In this document: positions 8,907-19,466 of the stretch, in pieces | Numbering within the stretch: the stretch's first letter is position 1 | Layout of the letters: each line of letters begins with the position of its first letter | Virus record (IMG/VR): IMGVR_UViG_2687453780_000005 | Location: 1 to 64,000 of that record | Direction: 5' to 3' (one strand) | From: a virus | Lineage: Duplodnaviria; Caudoviricetes | Length of the DNA: 64,000 nt | The notes under the pieces: generated by a model | Told to the model about the DNA's origin: nothing | What the model saw: only the letters and a program-made list of their open reading frames with translations | Database searches by the model: none | Program-made: the position numbers and the translations under genes

Positions 8907-8938
8907 AAAAAAGAGTAGGAGATTAATCCTACTCTTTT
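8907..8938. terminator. Bidirectional terminator (near-identical copy at 19925)
   Basis: AAAAGAGTAGGA-gattaa-TCCTACTCTTTT. Confidence 0.75.
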
Positions 8939-8944
8939 ATATAA

Positions 8945-9727
8945 TCATCTTATTTTCAGCTTACTATTTATAATTTTGGCACTTGGACAGTATTTTTCAC
9001 ATATTACATTCAGTATTTCTTTGTCGCCATCATTCATTCTGGGGCCAGTCATAATTTCTATGTCGCTAAAGAATTCAGAACCTATCTTTAAGTCAATATG
9101 ATTTATTAATGTATCTACTCCAGCAATCATATTTTGAAGTACAGTGTTGTTTTTTGTTCCAAGTTCTTTTACTCCTCCCGCAAAGTAGTTTAATCTATAT
9201 CTCCACTCGTTTTGAAAACCCCATTCACTTCTTTTATAAGTCCCAACATTATTGGTTGCTATTTTCATATGATAACCGGATCGACTTAATATATTTGGAT
9301 ACAACTTGTCACTATCATCGGTATATTGAACAGGGATTAGAAAATTATCCGTCGGCAATGAAAGTACCATATATTTATTGTTTTCACATAGTTCCTTTGG
9401 TAAATAGTGGTGGGAGCCTCCGTCTTTAGTATTACTTTCCGGACTAAATGTCCAATGATATACCTCGAATGGCAAGGACCTAAGTTTGATGCGTACGCCG
9501 GTCATATTGTAAGTGTACATGTTCCAAAAAGGAATACTTTCGCGAGCATCTGCAGTCCAAGAACTAATAAAAACGTACTTTGCAAAACTTTTAAAATCAG
9601 AAATAATAGATTCATCCATATCATCCATTTTATCTAACGGGTTAAATCTTATTGATCTGTTCTTTAATATTAAACTTAACGAACTTAAATTGGTATAATG
9701 ATATAAGTGTTCTGGAATGATTGACAT
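8945..9727 (-). CDS. DUF2971-like protein (moron, possible defence role)
   Basis: LYHYT, FISSWT, FWNMY and KxxxWxxQNEWR motifs; bounded by hairpins. Confidence 0.7.
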   Translation of the reverse strand: MSIIPEHLYHYTNLSSLSLILKNRSIRFNPLDKMDDMDESIISDFKSFAKYVFISSWTADARESIPFWNMYTYNMTGVRIKLRSLPFEVYHWTFSPESNTKDGGSHHYLPKELCENNKYMVLSLPTDNFLIPVQYTDDSDKLYPNILSRSGYHMKIATNNVGTYKRSEWGFQNEWRYRLNYFAGGVKELGTKNNTVLQNMIAGVDTLINHIDLKIGSEFFSDIEIMTGPRMNDGDKEILNVICEKYCPSAKIINSKLKIR

Positions 9728-9837
9728 ATAAATTACTCCCCATATAATTTTCTTTTATCATACACCAAATTTTACCAAAAGAAAACACCCGTCGACCAAT
9801 ATTTCGACAGGCGTTTTAATATTGAATATATATTAAC

Positions 9838-10275
9838 TTATTTAACTTCTACATTATCAGCGGTACTAGTAACATTCTCTATCACTACCTGTCCATCTTT
9901 AATCCAAGCTCCATCAGAGCCTACTTTATATCCGTCCGGAGTTGTGGTGTCATGAAGCATTACCATATCTTCACCCAGATAGTAATACTTCCCATCACGA
10001 GAATCATGAAGCCATGTATTTTTTAATAAAAACCCATCTTCTCCACAATAGTACCAGTCATATTTATAGTTTTGTACCCATCTGTTTTTTACAATGCCAT
10101 TTCCTTGTTCATAATATAACCAACCTTCTTGTCCGTTGCTGTCTTTCATTTTAAAAAATGGAACATCTTGTATATCATTTGTCCATGGAATTGGCGGCGC
10201 ACTTGTCGCAAATACGTTACTCACCATCATTAGTGTCATTGCCGCTGATATCAAAATAATCTTAACCTTTTTCAT
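9838..10275 (-). CDS. Secreted protein with cell-wall-binding repeats (moron)
   Basis: Signal peptide MKKVKIILISAAMTLMMVSNVFA; WYY/YYY repeats; TTTPDGYKVGSDGAW. Confidence 0.8.
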   Translation of the reverse strand: MKKVKIILISAAMTLMMVSNVFATSAPPIPWTNDIQDVPFFKMKDSNGQEGWLYYEQGNGIVKNRWVQNYKYDWYYCGEDGFLLKNTWLHDSRDGKYYYLGEDMVMLHDTTTPDGYKVGSDGAWIKDGQVVIENVTSTADNVEVK

Positions 10276-10361
10276 ACTAGCCTCCAAAATAAAAATTTAA
10301 ATAATATAAGTAAATATTATCATATTAAAAGAAGTTATGCAAATATTATGCTCAGATTATT

Positions 10362-13217
10362 TTAATCCCAGTCAACATTTCCTCCCATATTTCGTATTGA
10401 ATATCTAATTGCATCTAATCTGTTATATATTTGTTTAAACATATCCAACGCCCCCATCTTTGCTGTCCATGGATCAGTAAAGTAATAATCGTGTCTACAC
10501 GTAACTCTAGCAGTAACAATATCTCCGGTTCCGAGAATTTCAACTGCATTATTCATTAAATCGCTTCCAATGGTCATTCTAGCAAGCTCTCCAGATGGCC
10601 CACCAGTAACAATATCTGTAATATTAACATACCCATTTGATGATCGTAGCGTTCCAGATCCATCAGCACTTACATAATAGTCTCCGAAATATACGCCACC
10701 ATAGTTTGCTCTAAATAATCCGTTTCCTATATTAAGCACTCCATTAGTAATATTTACAGAATTGGCGGTTAAGTTTCCAGCATTGTTTACACTAAAGTTG
10801 TTTCCTATGGTGAGGCTACCTCCAGTTATCTCTACGTTAGAAGCATGTAGTTTTCCCTGGTTATTAAGCCAATAAGGAGCAGAAGATGGAGTAGCATTTC
10901 CCGCCCAATGAGCAATTGCTCCAGGCGTGGCATCAGAACTCATACCAACACCACCAGAATATAGTTTATTGTTGGCTATAGTCCATCCACCAATTAATCC
11001 TTCATCAATTTCGGCACGACCCTTAAATACAAGTTTCTTTGTATTAGCATCTACGTATAACAGTTTATTGGCATTCTCTGATATACTGAATATCTGACTT
11101 GGATTGTCAGGATTAATCTGCACCTTAAAACCATTGGTTGCCGAAGCAGTAAATCCATTTTCATCAAGAGTGAGTGTGTTATTCTTATTTTTAATCTTAA
11201 GAGCTTCTCCAATAAACAAACCACCGTATACAACATCTGCCGATATACCGTAATATGAAGTGGTTACACCATTATTAGTCACGTATACTTTACCGATGGC
11301 AAGTTTAGGATTTCTAAGATTAGTCCCCTCTGGCTCCTCAAATAATAATATCTGACGATTAGTAATCCAAAGTTTCTCTGGAGCATATTTGTTTAAGTCG
11401 GGTAGCCATTTTTTTAATAAAATGCCGGTATTATCAAGAAGTACTTCTTGATTCTTTCCGTTGCTTTCGATCTGTTGATTACTTAAATCTAGAAATTCCT
11501 TTTGAGTGCTATAAAAAGCTTCTTCAGCTTTCTTCGAAGCCTGATTCCAACCAGAGGTATTATACTTTAAAGCTGTACTTGTTTTATCAGCCAACTTCTG
11601 CATCGCCACAAAATCAAACCAGCCATCAGTAATACTCGACTTTGAGCTGAAAGTCAGCTTAAACTTACTGAAATCTTCCCAGTCAATTTCCATCTTAAGA
11701 AGTCTGGCTTTTAAAAACTCGTCGTCTGAATACTTGATCGCAAGAATATCGCCTAATTGAAGCTGATCTGTCCACTCTTTATATTTGAACAACACAGGAA
11801 AATTCACAGAGTTTACTTCCATATCAAACTGTGGATAGCATACCCTATTCAGTTCTTCGGCACCATGATTATACAAATCCTGTTTCATTTCCAGAATTTC
11901 AGCTTCGGTCATGGTAGAAGTGGCAATATATGAATTATCACATAAATTGTCTTCTCTCACAAACGGTTGCAATTCGTGATAAAGTTCTTCGCCTAGTATT
12001 TCATTAATTTTGACAACATAAGACTGTGCTTCCGTTTGTTTTGCTTTAATCTGACCTTCTTTAGCTGTTATTTGCGATTGTCTGACTGTAATTTCAGTAT
12101 TTACAGCATTCCACAAAGTATTATAATTGTTATATTGCGTCTGTGCTACTGGATCAGAGTTTCTTTTATCCGTCAATACAGACATTTGTTCCTTGTATGT
12201 ATTTGACTTTGCTTTTAATCCTACAAGACCATATTGCGACCAGTTAGTGCTTGATTCATCAGTAGGTATTTTATTATTCAGACTGTCTAGTTCATCTTGT
12301 AAAGTCTTTAACTGAGAGAGGGCAGTAGAGATTAGTCCCTTACTGCTTTCCATTCGCTGATAATATTCTTCCAGTTTATTCTTCAATGTAACACTCATAT
12401 CATTGTAGAAGTAGCTAAAATTTGTTATATAATTGTTTCCCCCAGGATTCACAGAGGCAATAGACAAAGCTGTTCCGCTTGCATCATTACCGCCTGTAAC
12501 ATACAAGGCTGTTTTAATATCATCTTCATTCCATGTGATATTAAGTTCTTTGACTAAATTTCTAAATGATAATGCGATAGAAACTTCTTTTCCAATGTTT
12601 TCGGCCTTATAAACACTAACACTTCGGTCATTACTATCAAAAACAAATATACATTCAAAGGTTTCGGAAACATCACCAGTAAGGAAGTCATATGATGTAA
12701 CACTATCATTATCAAAACTACGTCGATTTTTTGAGATTGCCGGGTCGATATGTTTAAATTTCCAACCAGGGTTCTTATCCATGAAGATATGTGCAATACT
12801 ATGCAATTTATCATTTGCATCATAAATGGCATATCGGTCTAAACCGCCTTGTTCATCATCTTCAGTTCCCATAGAACCAAATGAAGTAAGATATGTTTGT
12901 TTCAATTCATAAGACAAATCATAGCAAGTAATTTCTCTATATGGATTGCCCCCATCTGTTTTTTCACTAATATCAGTAATCCGATACCAACCAACATCCT
13001 CTAACCATATGTATTTGCCAACTGAAATATCATCGTATCCTTGATTCTCAATCTTCTCATGGTACTTATAAATAGAAAACTTGAACTGTGACACTCCGAC
13101 AATATATAATACAGAACTTTTGCTTTTTGCATTAAGCTGACAAATTAGTTTCTTATTTGGATAGGATAAAAAAACTCGTGGGACTACGGGTCTATTATAA
13201 GCATCAAATTTTACCAT
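10362..13217 (-). CDS. Large tail tip/spike protein (Tal-like)
   Basis: 951 aa downstream of Dit, with coiled coil and Gly/Asn-rich beta C-terminus. Confidence 0.75.
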   Translation of the reverse strand: MVKFDAYNRPVVPRVFLSYPNKKLICQLNAKSKSSVLYIVGVSQFKFSIYKYHEKIENQGYDDISVGKYIWLEDVGWYRITDISEKTDGGNPYREITCYDLSYELKQTYLTSFGSMGTEDDEQGGLDRYAIYDANDKLHSIAHIFMDKNPGWKFKHIDPAISKNRRSFDNDSVTSYDFLTGDVSETFECIFVFDSNDRSVSVYKAENIGKEVSIALSFRNLVKELNITWNEDDIKTALYVTGGNDASGTALSIASVNPGGNNYITNFSYFYNDMSVTLKNKLEEYYQRMESSKGLISTALSQLKTLQDELDSLNNKIPTDESSTNWSQYGLVGLKAKSNTYKEQMSVLTDKRNSDPVAQTQYNNYNTLWNAVNTEITVRQSQITAKEGQIKAKQTEAQSYVVKINEILGEELYHELQPFVREDNLCDNSYIATSTMTEAEILEMKQDLYNHGAEELNRVCYPQFDMEVNSVNFPVLFKYKEWTDQLQLGDILAIKYSDDEFLKARLLKMEIDWEDFSKFKLTFSSKSSITDGWFDFVAMQKLADKTSTALKYNTSGWNQASKKAEEAFYSTQKEFLDLSNQQIESNGKNQEVLLDNTGILLKKWLPDLNKYAPEKLWITNRQILLFEEPEGTNLRNPKLAIGKVYVTNNGVTTSYYGISADVVYGGLFIGEALKIKNKNNTLTLDENGFTASATNGFKVQINPDNPSQIFSISENANKLLYVDANTKKLVFKGRAEIDEGLIGGWTIANNKLYSGGVGMSSDATPGAIAHWAGNATPSSAPYWLNNQGKLHASNVEITGGSLTIGNNFSVNNAGNLTANSVNITNGVLNIGNGLFRANYGGVYFGDYYVSADGSGTLRSSNGYVNITDIVTGGPSGELARMTIGSDLMNNAVEILGTGDIVTARVTCRHDYYFTDPWTAKMGALDMFKQIYNRLDAIRYSIRNMGGNVDWD

Positions 13218-14002
13218 TAGAACGCCACCAACTTCCTGTGTTCTCTATATTTAATAACTCCTTCACAAGAAAGATTAAAAGTAAGTACATTGCTGCCGTC
13301 ATAAAATCTAAGCCACTTTAAATTAGAATCGTTCAATACATCATGTCCAATAATAGAAGAGGAGATTATGCCATCTGGTGTTAATATAATCTTTTCACCA
13401 GAACTTACATTGCTGATTTTCGTAACATAATCAGAGTTGGTTTCTTGACTATTACTTATTTCAAGATTCCCAGATTCTAACATAGTGATTTCTATATATG
13501 GGAATATATGAATCTCTTCGTCGTTGACTATATATAAGTCATCAATGGTTTTATCATTGGTGAGAGAGAAGTAGTATTCGTGTTCCTCCGAAAAGGCAAC
13601 TGCTGAAGAAGTAGAAACCGTAAATTGCATACCTACTGTATCATTTACTGCCCATACTTGAGGATTATTAATATTACAATGAAGCCATATATCAGAATAG
13701 TATTCGTCTTGTATAAACAGCCAGTTATAAACACCTCTTTTGCATAACCATTTTGATATTGCACGTTGTTGTTCTTGACTCATAGGAGACCCATCAGAAT
13801 TTATGATTTGAAATGTAAATTCCATTGGCTTATCATAATTCTGCGATATTATTTCCCATTCTAAGGATTGTGAAGATTTATCAGTTATTAATTCTGTAGA
13901 CTGACCACTGTATAGTCCTTGGTATTTATTATTTTCAAAATATACAGCTATTACACCAAATTCATCACTGCTGTTTTCACCAAATGTAAATAGACTATGC
14001 AA
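13217..14002 (-). CDS. Distal tail protein (Dit-like)
   Basis: FTFGENSSDEFGV start motif; follows the tape measure gene. Confidence 0.72.
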   Translation of the reverse strand: MHSLFTFGENSSDEFGVIAVYFENNKYQGLYSGQSTELITDKSSQSLEWEIISQNYDKPMEFTFQIINSDGSPMSQEQQRAISKWLCKRGVYNWLFIQDEYYSDIWLHCNINNPQVWAVNDTVGMQFTVSTSSAVAFSEEHEYYFSLTNDKTIDDLYIVNDEEIHIFPYIEITMLESGNLEISNSQETNSDYVTKISNVSSGEKIILTPDGIISSSIIGHDVLNDSNLKWLRFYDGSNVLTFNLSCEGVIKYREHRKLVAF

Positions 14003-14120
14003 TTTAATACCTCCTTCCGATTTGTTTTATTATATTGAACCTTTCATGGCTAAAGCCACGAGTGTTCTCGCCATAGCTAATAAAAGAGCCATGTTATTGG
14101 CTTCATATATTCAATGTCAT

Positions 14121-14132
14121 GAACCTATGTTC
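14121..14132. promoter_or_regulatory. LexA box
   Basis: Perfect GAAC-CTAT-GTTC upstream of TGaTATAAT and ORF 14199. Confidence 0.6.
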
Positions 14133-14198
14133 TGATACCACGTTATTCCAATAGGTGATATAATCATTTTATATTTAATATAAAAGGGGGTTAATTTA

Positions 14199-14378
14199 AT
14201 GAGTCCAGAACAATGTAAGAGAATAGTATACGACTTGTCACTGGAATATATGAAACAACGAAAATTATTATCAGATGTTGATTCAAATATTCCAGTAATG
14301 GTTAATCGTTTCGCCGATGTGTGCGATTCATTTTGTGATGCAGTTATAAAAAATGATAAGTTAAATAGATTATTTTAA
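14199..14378 (+). CDS. Small moron protein (59 aa, not in ORF track)
   Basis: AAGGGGG RBS; MSPEQCKRIVYDLSLEYMKQRK...LNRLF. Confidence 0.65.
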   Translation: MSPEQCKRIVYDLSLEYMKQRKLLSDVDSNIPVMVNRFADVCDSFCDAVIKNDKLNRLF

Positions 14379-14534
14379 TGGCGCATCTTCAATATCATTT
14401 ATAATTTCATGAAATAATGCACGAGTTTGAGACAATGATACTTTTCTATCTTTAAGCATGAGAAGTATCATTTCCTTTATAGTATCTTTATTCTGTTCTG
14501 CATATAACACGCTTTCCCTAGCTGTTTCAAACAT
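14370..14534 (-). CDS. Small protein (54 aa, not in ORF track)
   Basis: AGGAG RBS; MFETARESVLYAEQNKDTIKEMILLML...DAPLK. Confidence 0.62.
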   Translation of the reverse strand: MFETARESVLYAEQNKDTIKEMILLMLKDRKVSLSQTRALFHEIINDIEDAPLK

Positions 14535-14582
14535 TTTATTTTCTCCTGTGACAAAGGAGCATCAGTTAAGATGCCCCTCATT

Positions 14583-17500
14583 TTAGCGCTGTTTAGACAT
14601 TTCCATCATTTTCTGTGGTATTTCTTTATCAATCAAGACATCAAGTCTTGCGTTTATTTGTGTTAGTACTTTTTCATCTGCATTACCCTCTACCACCATT
14701 AGTGGTGAATTCATTTGAATAGTTACCGGTTCAGATCTTCCAACATTCTTAAGTGAGTCAAGGTTATACTTAGGAACATTAATATTAATGGCGCCAATAC
14801 TTTTCTTGAATGACTCAAACAACTCTGGGTTATGAGCGAACTCCCATAGCCTTTTTGTGGACTCATTATCAAAAATAGTATCTCCACCTACTGAATTGAG
14901 AACAGATCCGTTTTTAGCAACAATCAATTCTGGCCCATTTTCATTAACGTATTTTAATCCTGGCCTAGAATTAGTAGTACCACTTTTATATCCAACAGTG
15001 ATGCTTCTCTTTTTAACATCATCATATGATATAGTTTTTCCGTCCCATACACCACTGTTATCAACATAATAATACCCATTGCCATCTTTCGTTTTGATAG
15101 CCATGTCTGTAGCCATAGTACCATCAGATTTCAGATAGTAGTCTTTACCATCTTTAGACTTTCTCCATGCAGATTTAACCATCTGACCATTCTCAGGCTC
15201 AAAATATCTCCACTGACCTGAACTTTCATCCCAGCCAGTTTTCATATAACCATCTTCATTGAAGTTATACTGTTTACCTCCAATGGTGTAGATGCCGTCA
15301 GAAGCATAATCATCATTAGAAGCGCCATACCACCAGCCTTTAGAGTTCTTTTGCCACGTTCCAGAACCGGTAATATCATCAAATGAAGCTGTATTATTAC
15401 CATTAGCAGAAAATCCTTGCATAGTACTTACCAATTCTGTGAGCCTTGACAAGTCAATATTTGCGATATCAATATTAATCTGTGAAATAGCATCTGATAC
15501 AGCGTCTTTAAATGTGGACACGGCGCTATTAGCTGACTCCCACGGAGAAGTTAGTTCGCTAGTCATGGTAACGTTATAATCGGTTCCATACTTAGTCAGG
15601 GTATTGTAGACTGTTTTGTAGTTATCTTTTACCTGTCCGAGATATTCTTCAATTACTTTCTTTTGTGCATCAGTGCTTGACTTAAGCTCATCTAATTCTT
15701 TTTTCTTTGCGTCCTGATAGTCCTCTGCCTGCTTATCTAGGCTTTCAAGAGTTTTATCATAAGCATAGTCAGCTTGTGTCTTGGATAAATCTTTCTTAGC
15801 ATCGGATAATTGCTGTTCCAACTGCAATCTCTGTGCAATATCCTTCCTGTCGGTAGATAGTGACAGTTCATCAATTTTTGCCTGTAAATTATTAATGTCA
15901 GTCTGTTTCTCGCTAATACTTTCAAGATAATCCTGATAGTCCTTTTCGGTCTGTAATGCTTTCTTCTTGGCAGCAATTAAATTATTCATATCATCTATCT
16001 GTGCCTGGATTGCATTATACCTAAACTGCAAGATAGCTTGTTCAGCTTCTTTCGTAGCTTTTACTGCCGATAATTGTGCATTGGTATATTCATTGAGTTT
16101 TTCGTTATATTCGGCCTGTGTGAGCGAACCGTTTTCATACATCTCATTAATAGCGTTAATGGCCTCTTCGTAATCGGCGGCTTGCTGTTTTGCATTAGCA
16201 TACTGTTGTCCTAATAGTGCAATTTTAGTGAGACCCTTAGATGTGAGCATTCCTCCATCTAAAAGTCCATCGTCACCAATTAGATCAGACATGGTGCTAA
16301 TTCCACTATTAATTCTATCAAGCCCACTAGAAATCCTCTCTAGTTCCTCAAATGGCAAATTGATTAGAGCTTTTCTAAAATCGTTCATTGAAGATACGGC
16401 ATCATTCATAGAGGAATTTACAGTAATTAACTCTTCATTATATTTTCTCCACTCCTCAGAACCTACTTTAATAGTTCCTTTACTTACTGCTTTTGACAAT
16501 TCAATGGATAGAGAATTATACTTACTCTGCAATTGCTTATAAATTGCTTCCTGTTGATTTATCAGCTGTTTATAATCCGCTTTAGTAATGGATTCTCCTA
16601 ATTCCTTTTGTAGATTCAGAAGATTGTTACTATATGAAGCGTACTTATTCATGAGCGAAACAAGACTATCAAAATCATTGATAATATTATCAAGCTTGGT
16701 CTGAGCAAGTTCTTTCATAGCCTTTTTTGTTTCATCTATCTTCTTACGAACTTCTTCGGCCTTATCGTACCACTCCTGATAGCCTTTGACATTCTTCGCA
16801 ATTACCTCATCTGTAATGGTTTCAATTTCAAGAGTACCATTTTTAATCTTATCTATGTAGGTGGGAGAGAGATCGTAAGTTTTCGCTTTATTCTGGTAAG
16901 TATCCATCTGCGATTGTAATGCAGTAAGTTTATTTGCCATCTCGTCAATGGCTGTATCTGTGAAAGTATTTTTAGGCTTCCAATTCGATGTGTCAGAAAT
17001 TTTATCTTGGATATTTTGTACCTTTTCGTCTACTCGCTTAATGGTAGTTTCTACCCAGTCGAATACCTCTGAAAAATCTTTTTTATCCTTTTTAGAGCCA
17101 GACGATTTATTTGCTTTTACACCATTATACGATGCGTTAACGCTTGCTCCCTTGCCTTTATATTCGGAAGCAGCCTTTATTGCATCTTCAGCTTCTTTTT
17201 CTGCATTTCTTACAAGAGCTTCATAACCTTCTTTTCCGCCTATATTGCCGCCAACACTACCTCCGGCCTTTAAGGTATTTAATGCTTGCAGTGCTGTGTT
17301 AGCACTACCAATTACTCCAACAAGAGAGATGATATTCTCAATGTCTCCACTGGTATCTAACGCGTTACCATTGAAAAACTCTTTTTCTAATACCAGTCCA
17401 GCCAGTGCAACTTTAGCTATGTCACTTTGAGTTGCTTCATCAATAATTCCTGGTATCTCACTAGCCGTAGCATTGGCAAGATCATTACTTACTTCTGCCG

Positions 17501-19394
17501 TATAAGCCTTTTGTGCTGCAAGGTGTTCCTGTGCCGCTGAAAGTCGAGACATTACAACTTCTTCAGCGTTAGCGACACCCATATTCTGAAGCATAGCAAT
17601 AGCAAGATTAGCATTTTCATTTGTAAGTCCGTTTAGCACACCAGTACTATTGATCCATGTAGTAACCAATTCGTCAAATGCACTTTGAGTAGCATTTAAA
17701 TCCTTGGGGGATGACGAAACCTTTTCGATGAAGTTTGCGTATGATTCGCCTAAATCATCAAAGTTATCCTTGAATTTCTTGTCGTCAAGCAGAGCATAGT
17801 CAAATGGATTATCTTTGTCAGATATGCTCTTCATGATTTTATCAAGGGATTCAAAACCTTCTGATAGAGAGTTGATGTTAGTGATTACTTCTTGTTTGGA
17901 GAGAGGGGGGAATGCTATTTCGCCAAATTTGCCAACATCACCTTGTACAATTTTCAATCTTTCAAGAACTGCAATGACATCTTCTGCACTTAATCCATAT
18001 TCATCGGCTGCTTCTCTTAGTTTCTCGAAGTTTTCATTATCCCCGGCATCGCTTATAGCAAGAATATCTTCTTTAGATATACCACTTAATGTTTTTGCAA
18101 AATTCATTAATCCATCTTTATTTGACTTTAATGAATCTTCAAAATCGTATAAGTCGGTATCAGCCTGATCAAATACATCTGTAACAACAGACGCATAATC
18201 TTTCCAATCTGTACTTGTAAGGTCAATTGAATTTTTAACTTTATTTAAATTATCTCTTGCCGAAAGAATTTTAGTCTCATCACCGGAAGCTAATGCGTCA
18301 TTATACTTTTGTACTGCACCTTTGACTTCTTCAAAACTCCGCGAGAGTTTATCATTTATAGTTATTTCAGCTTCTAATGCCGAATTGTACTTAACACCAA
18401 ATTCGTCAATTTTATCTTTTGCATTATTTAACGAGGTACTTGAAAATCCAAGCACCGATCCAATATCATAGTCGTCGTTACCAAAGTCTTCTTGTAATGA
18501 AGTCACTTGATTCATGAAGTCTGTTATGGAATCGTATGCTTCTGTAGGGTTTGCTTTGATTCTTACGGTAAAAGTTCCAGTTGATTCATTTGCATCAACA
18601 TCAAGGCCCATCTGTTTAGCTAAATTAAGAATATTGCTGCCGGATTCAGAATACATGCCAACGTCCATTGCAACCATATATGTCTTCTTAGAAGTCATTT
18701 GGGTCTTGGCATCTTCAATTCCTTTTCTATTCTCATTTAAAAACTTCTGTGCCACGGCTTTGTTCATAGCCAGAATAGCTTCTGTCTGATCTTTATATGC
18801 ATCGGTAACGAGATTTAGCTTGCCATATTCTTCTCCATATTTATCATTTAATTCTTTCTGTAAAGAGAGAAGGTCGCTTTTTATTTCGTGCTGACGCTCT
18901 TCTGTAGTGTTTGCATTAGTTAATTCTTTATGTAATTCCTTATATTTATCTGCATATTCTTCAATAGTAGTGGAAGTATCACTGAATACAGATGCGGCTT
19001 CAGATGTGGATTTCCTCATTTGATCTACTGAATGTTTGTACATATTCCATGCAGTCAGTCCAGCGGTAATAGCGGCACCCACTAATAATATTGGATTTGC
19101 CAACATTGTTGACCAAAGCCCCTTTAGCGCTGTGCCAAATCCTGTGGTGGTTGCTGTGGCAGTGGTTTGTGTGGCAGATAGGGTGGAGGTGGAGTTTTTT
19201 ATCAGTACAACATCAGATACCTGTGCCTTCATTTCCTTGCTTAAGTTGGAAGATGCAATTTTTGCAACCTTTTGAGTTTCTGATAAATGATCAAATTCAT
19301 CTGATAGTCTACTAAGTATTTCGGCACTATCTAAACTCTTTAATTTATTTATTTCATCATACAAACCATAAAGATTTCCGAGGTCTTTAAGTTG
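14583..19394 (-). CDS. Tape measure protein exon 2 (1603 codons) with C-terminal cell-wall-binding repeats
   Basis: Long helical ORF upstream of Dit. No SD before the ATG at 19397, whose G is the predicted intron omega-G. Confidence 0.85.
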   Translation of the reverse strand, partial: QLKDLGNLYGLYDEINKLKSLDSAEILSRLSDEFDHLSETQKVAKIASSNLSKEMKAQVSDVVLIKNSTSTLSATQTTATATTTGFGTALKGLWSTMLANPILLVGAAITAGLTAWNMYKHSVDQMRKSTSEAASVFSDTSTTIEEYADKYKELHKELTNANTTEERQHEIKSDLLSLQKELNDKYGEEYGKLNLVTDAYKDQTEAILAMNKAVAQKFLNENRKGIEDAKTQMTSKKTYMVAMDVGMYSESGSNILNLAKQMGLDVDANESTGTFTVRIKANPTEAYDSITDFMNQVTSLQEDFGNDDYDIGSVLGFSSTSLNNAKDKIDEFGVKYNSALEAEITINDKLSRSFEEVKGAVQKYNDALASGDETKILSARDNLNKVKNSIDLTSTDWKDYASVVTDVFDQADTDLYDFEDSLKSNKDGLMNFAKTLSGISKEDILAISDAGDNENFEKLREAADEYGLSAEDVIAVLERLKIVQGDVGKFGEIAFPPLSKQEVITNINSLSEGFESLDKIMKSISDKDNPFDYALLDDKKFKDNFDDLGESYANFIEKVSSSPKDLNATQSAFDELVTTWINSTGVLNGLTNENANLAIAMLQNMGVANAEEVVMSRLSAAQEHLAAQKAYTAEVSNDLANATASEIPGIIDEATQSDIAKVALAGLVLEKEFFNGNALDTSGDIENIISLVGVIGSANTALQALNTLKAGGSVGGNIGGKEGYEALVRNAEKEAEDAIKAASEYKGKGASVNASYNGVKANKSSGSKKDKKDFSEVFDWVETTIKRVDEKVQNIQDKISDTSNWKPKNTFTDTAIDEMANKLTALQSQMDTYQNKAKTYDLSPTYIDKIKNGTLEIETITDEVIAKNVKGYQEWYDKAEEVRKKIDETKKAMKELAQTKLDNIINDFDSLVSLMNKYASYSNNLLNLQKELGESITKADYKQLINQQEAIYKQLQSKYNSLSIELSKAVSKGTIKVGSEEWRKYNEELITVNSSMNDAVSSMNDFRKALINLPFEELERISSGLDRINSGISTMSDLIGDDGLLDGGMLTSKGLTKIALLGQQYANAKQQAADYEEAINAINEMYENGSLTQAEYNEKLNEYTNAQLSAVKATKEAEQAILQFRYNAIQAQIDDMNNLIAAKKKALQTEKDYQDYLESISEKQTDINNLQAKIDELSLSTDRKDIAQRLQLEQQLSDAKKDLSKTQADYAYDKTLESLDKQAEDYQDAKKKELDELKSSTDAQKKVIEEYLGQVKDNYKTVYNTLTKYGTDYNVTMTSELTSPWESANSAVSTFKDAVSDAISQINIDIANIDLSRLTELVSTMQGFSANGNNTASFDDITGSGTWQKNSKGWWYGASNDDYASDGIYTIGGKQYNFNEDGYMKTGWDESSGQWRYFEPENGQMVKSAWRKSKDGKDYYLKSDGTMATDMAIKTKDGNGYYYVDNSGVWDGKTISYDDVKKRSITVGYKSGTTNSRPGLKYVNENGPELIVAKNGSVLNSVGGDTIFDNESTKRLWEFAHNPELFESFKKSIGAININVPKYNLDSLKNVGRSEPVTIQMNSPLMVVEGNADEKVLTQINARLDVLIDKEIPQKMMEMSKQR

Positions 19395-19466
19395 CATAAT
19401 TATTGATATTAAAATATTTGTATGATAATATAATAAAAAAGAAGTAGAGATCCAAGGGGGTAAAAT

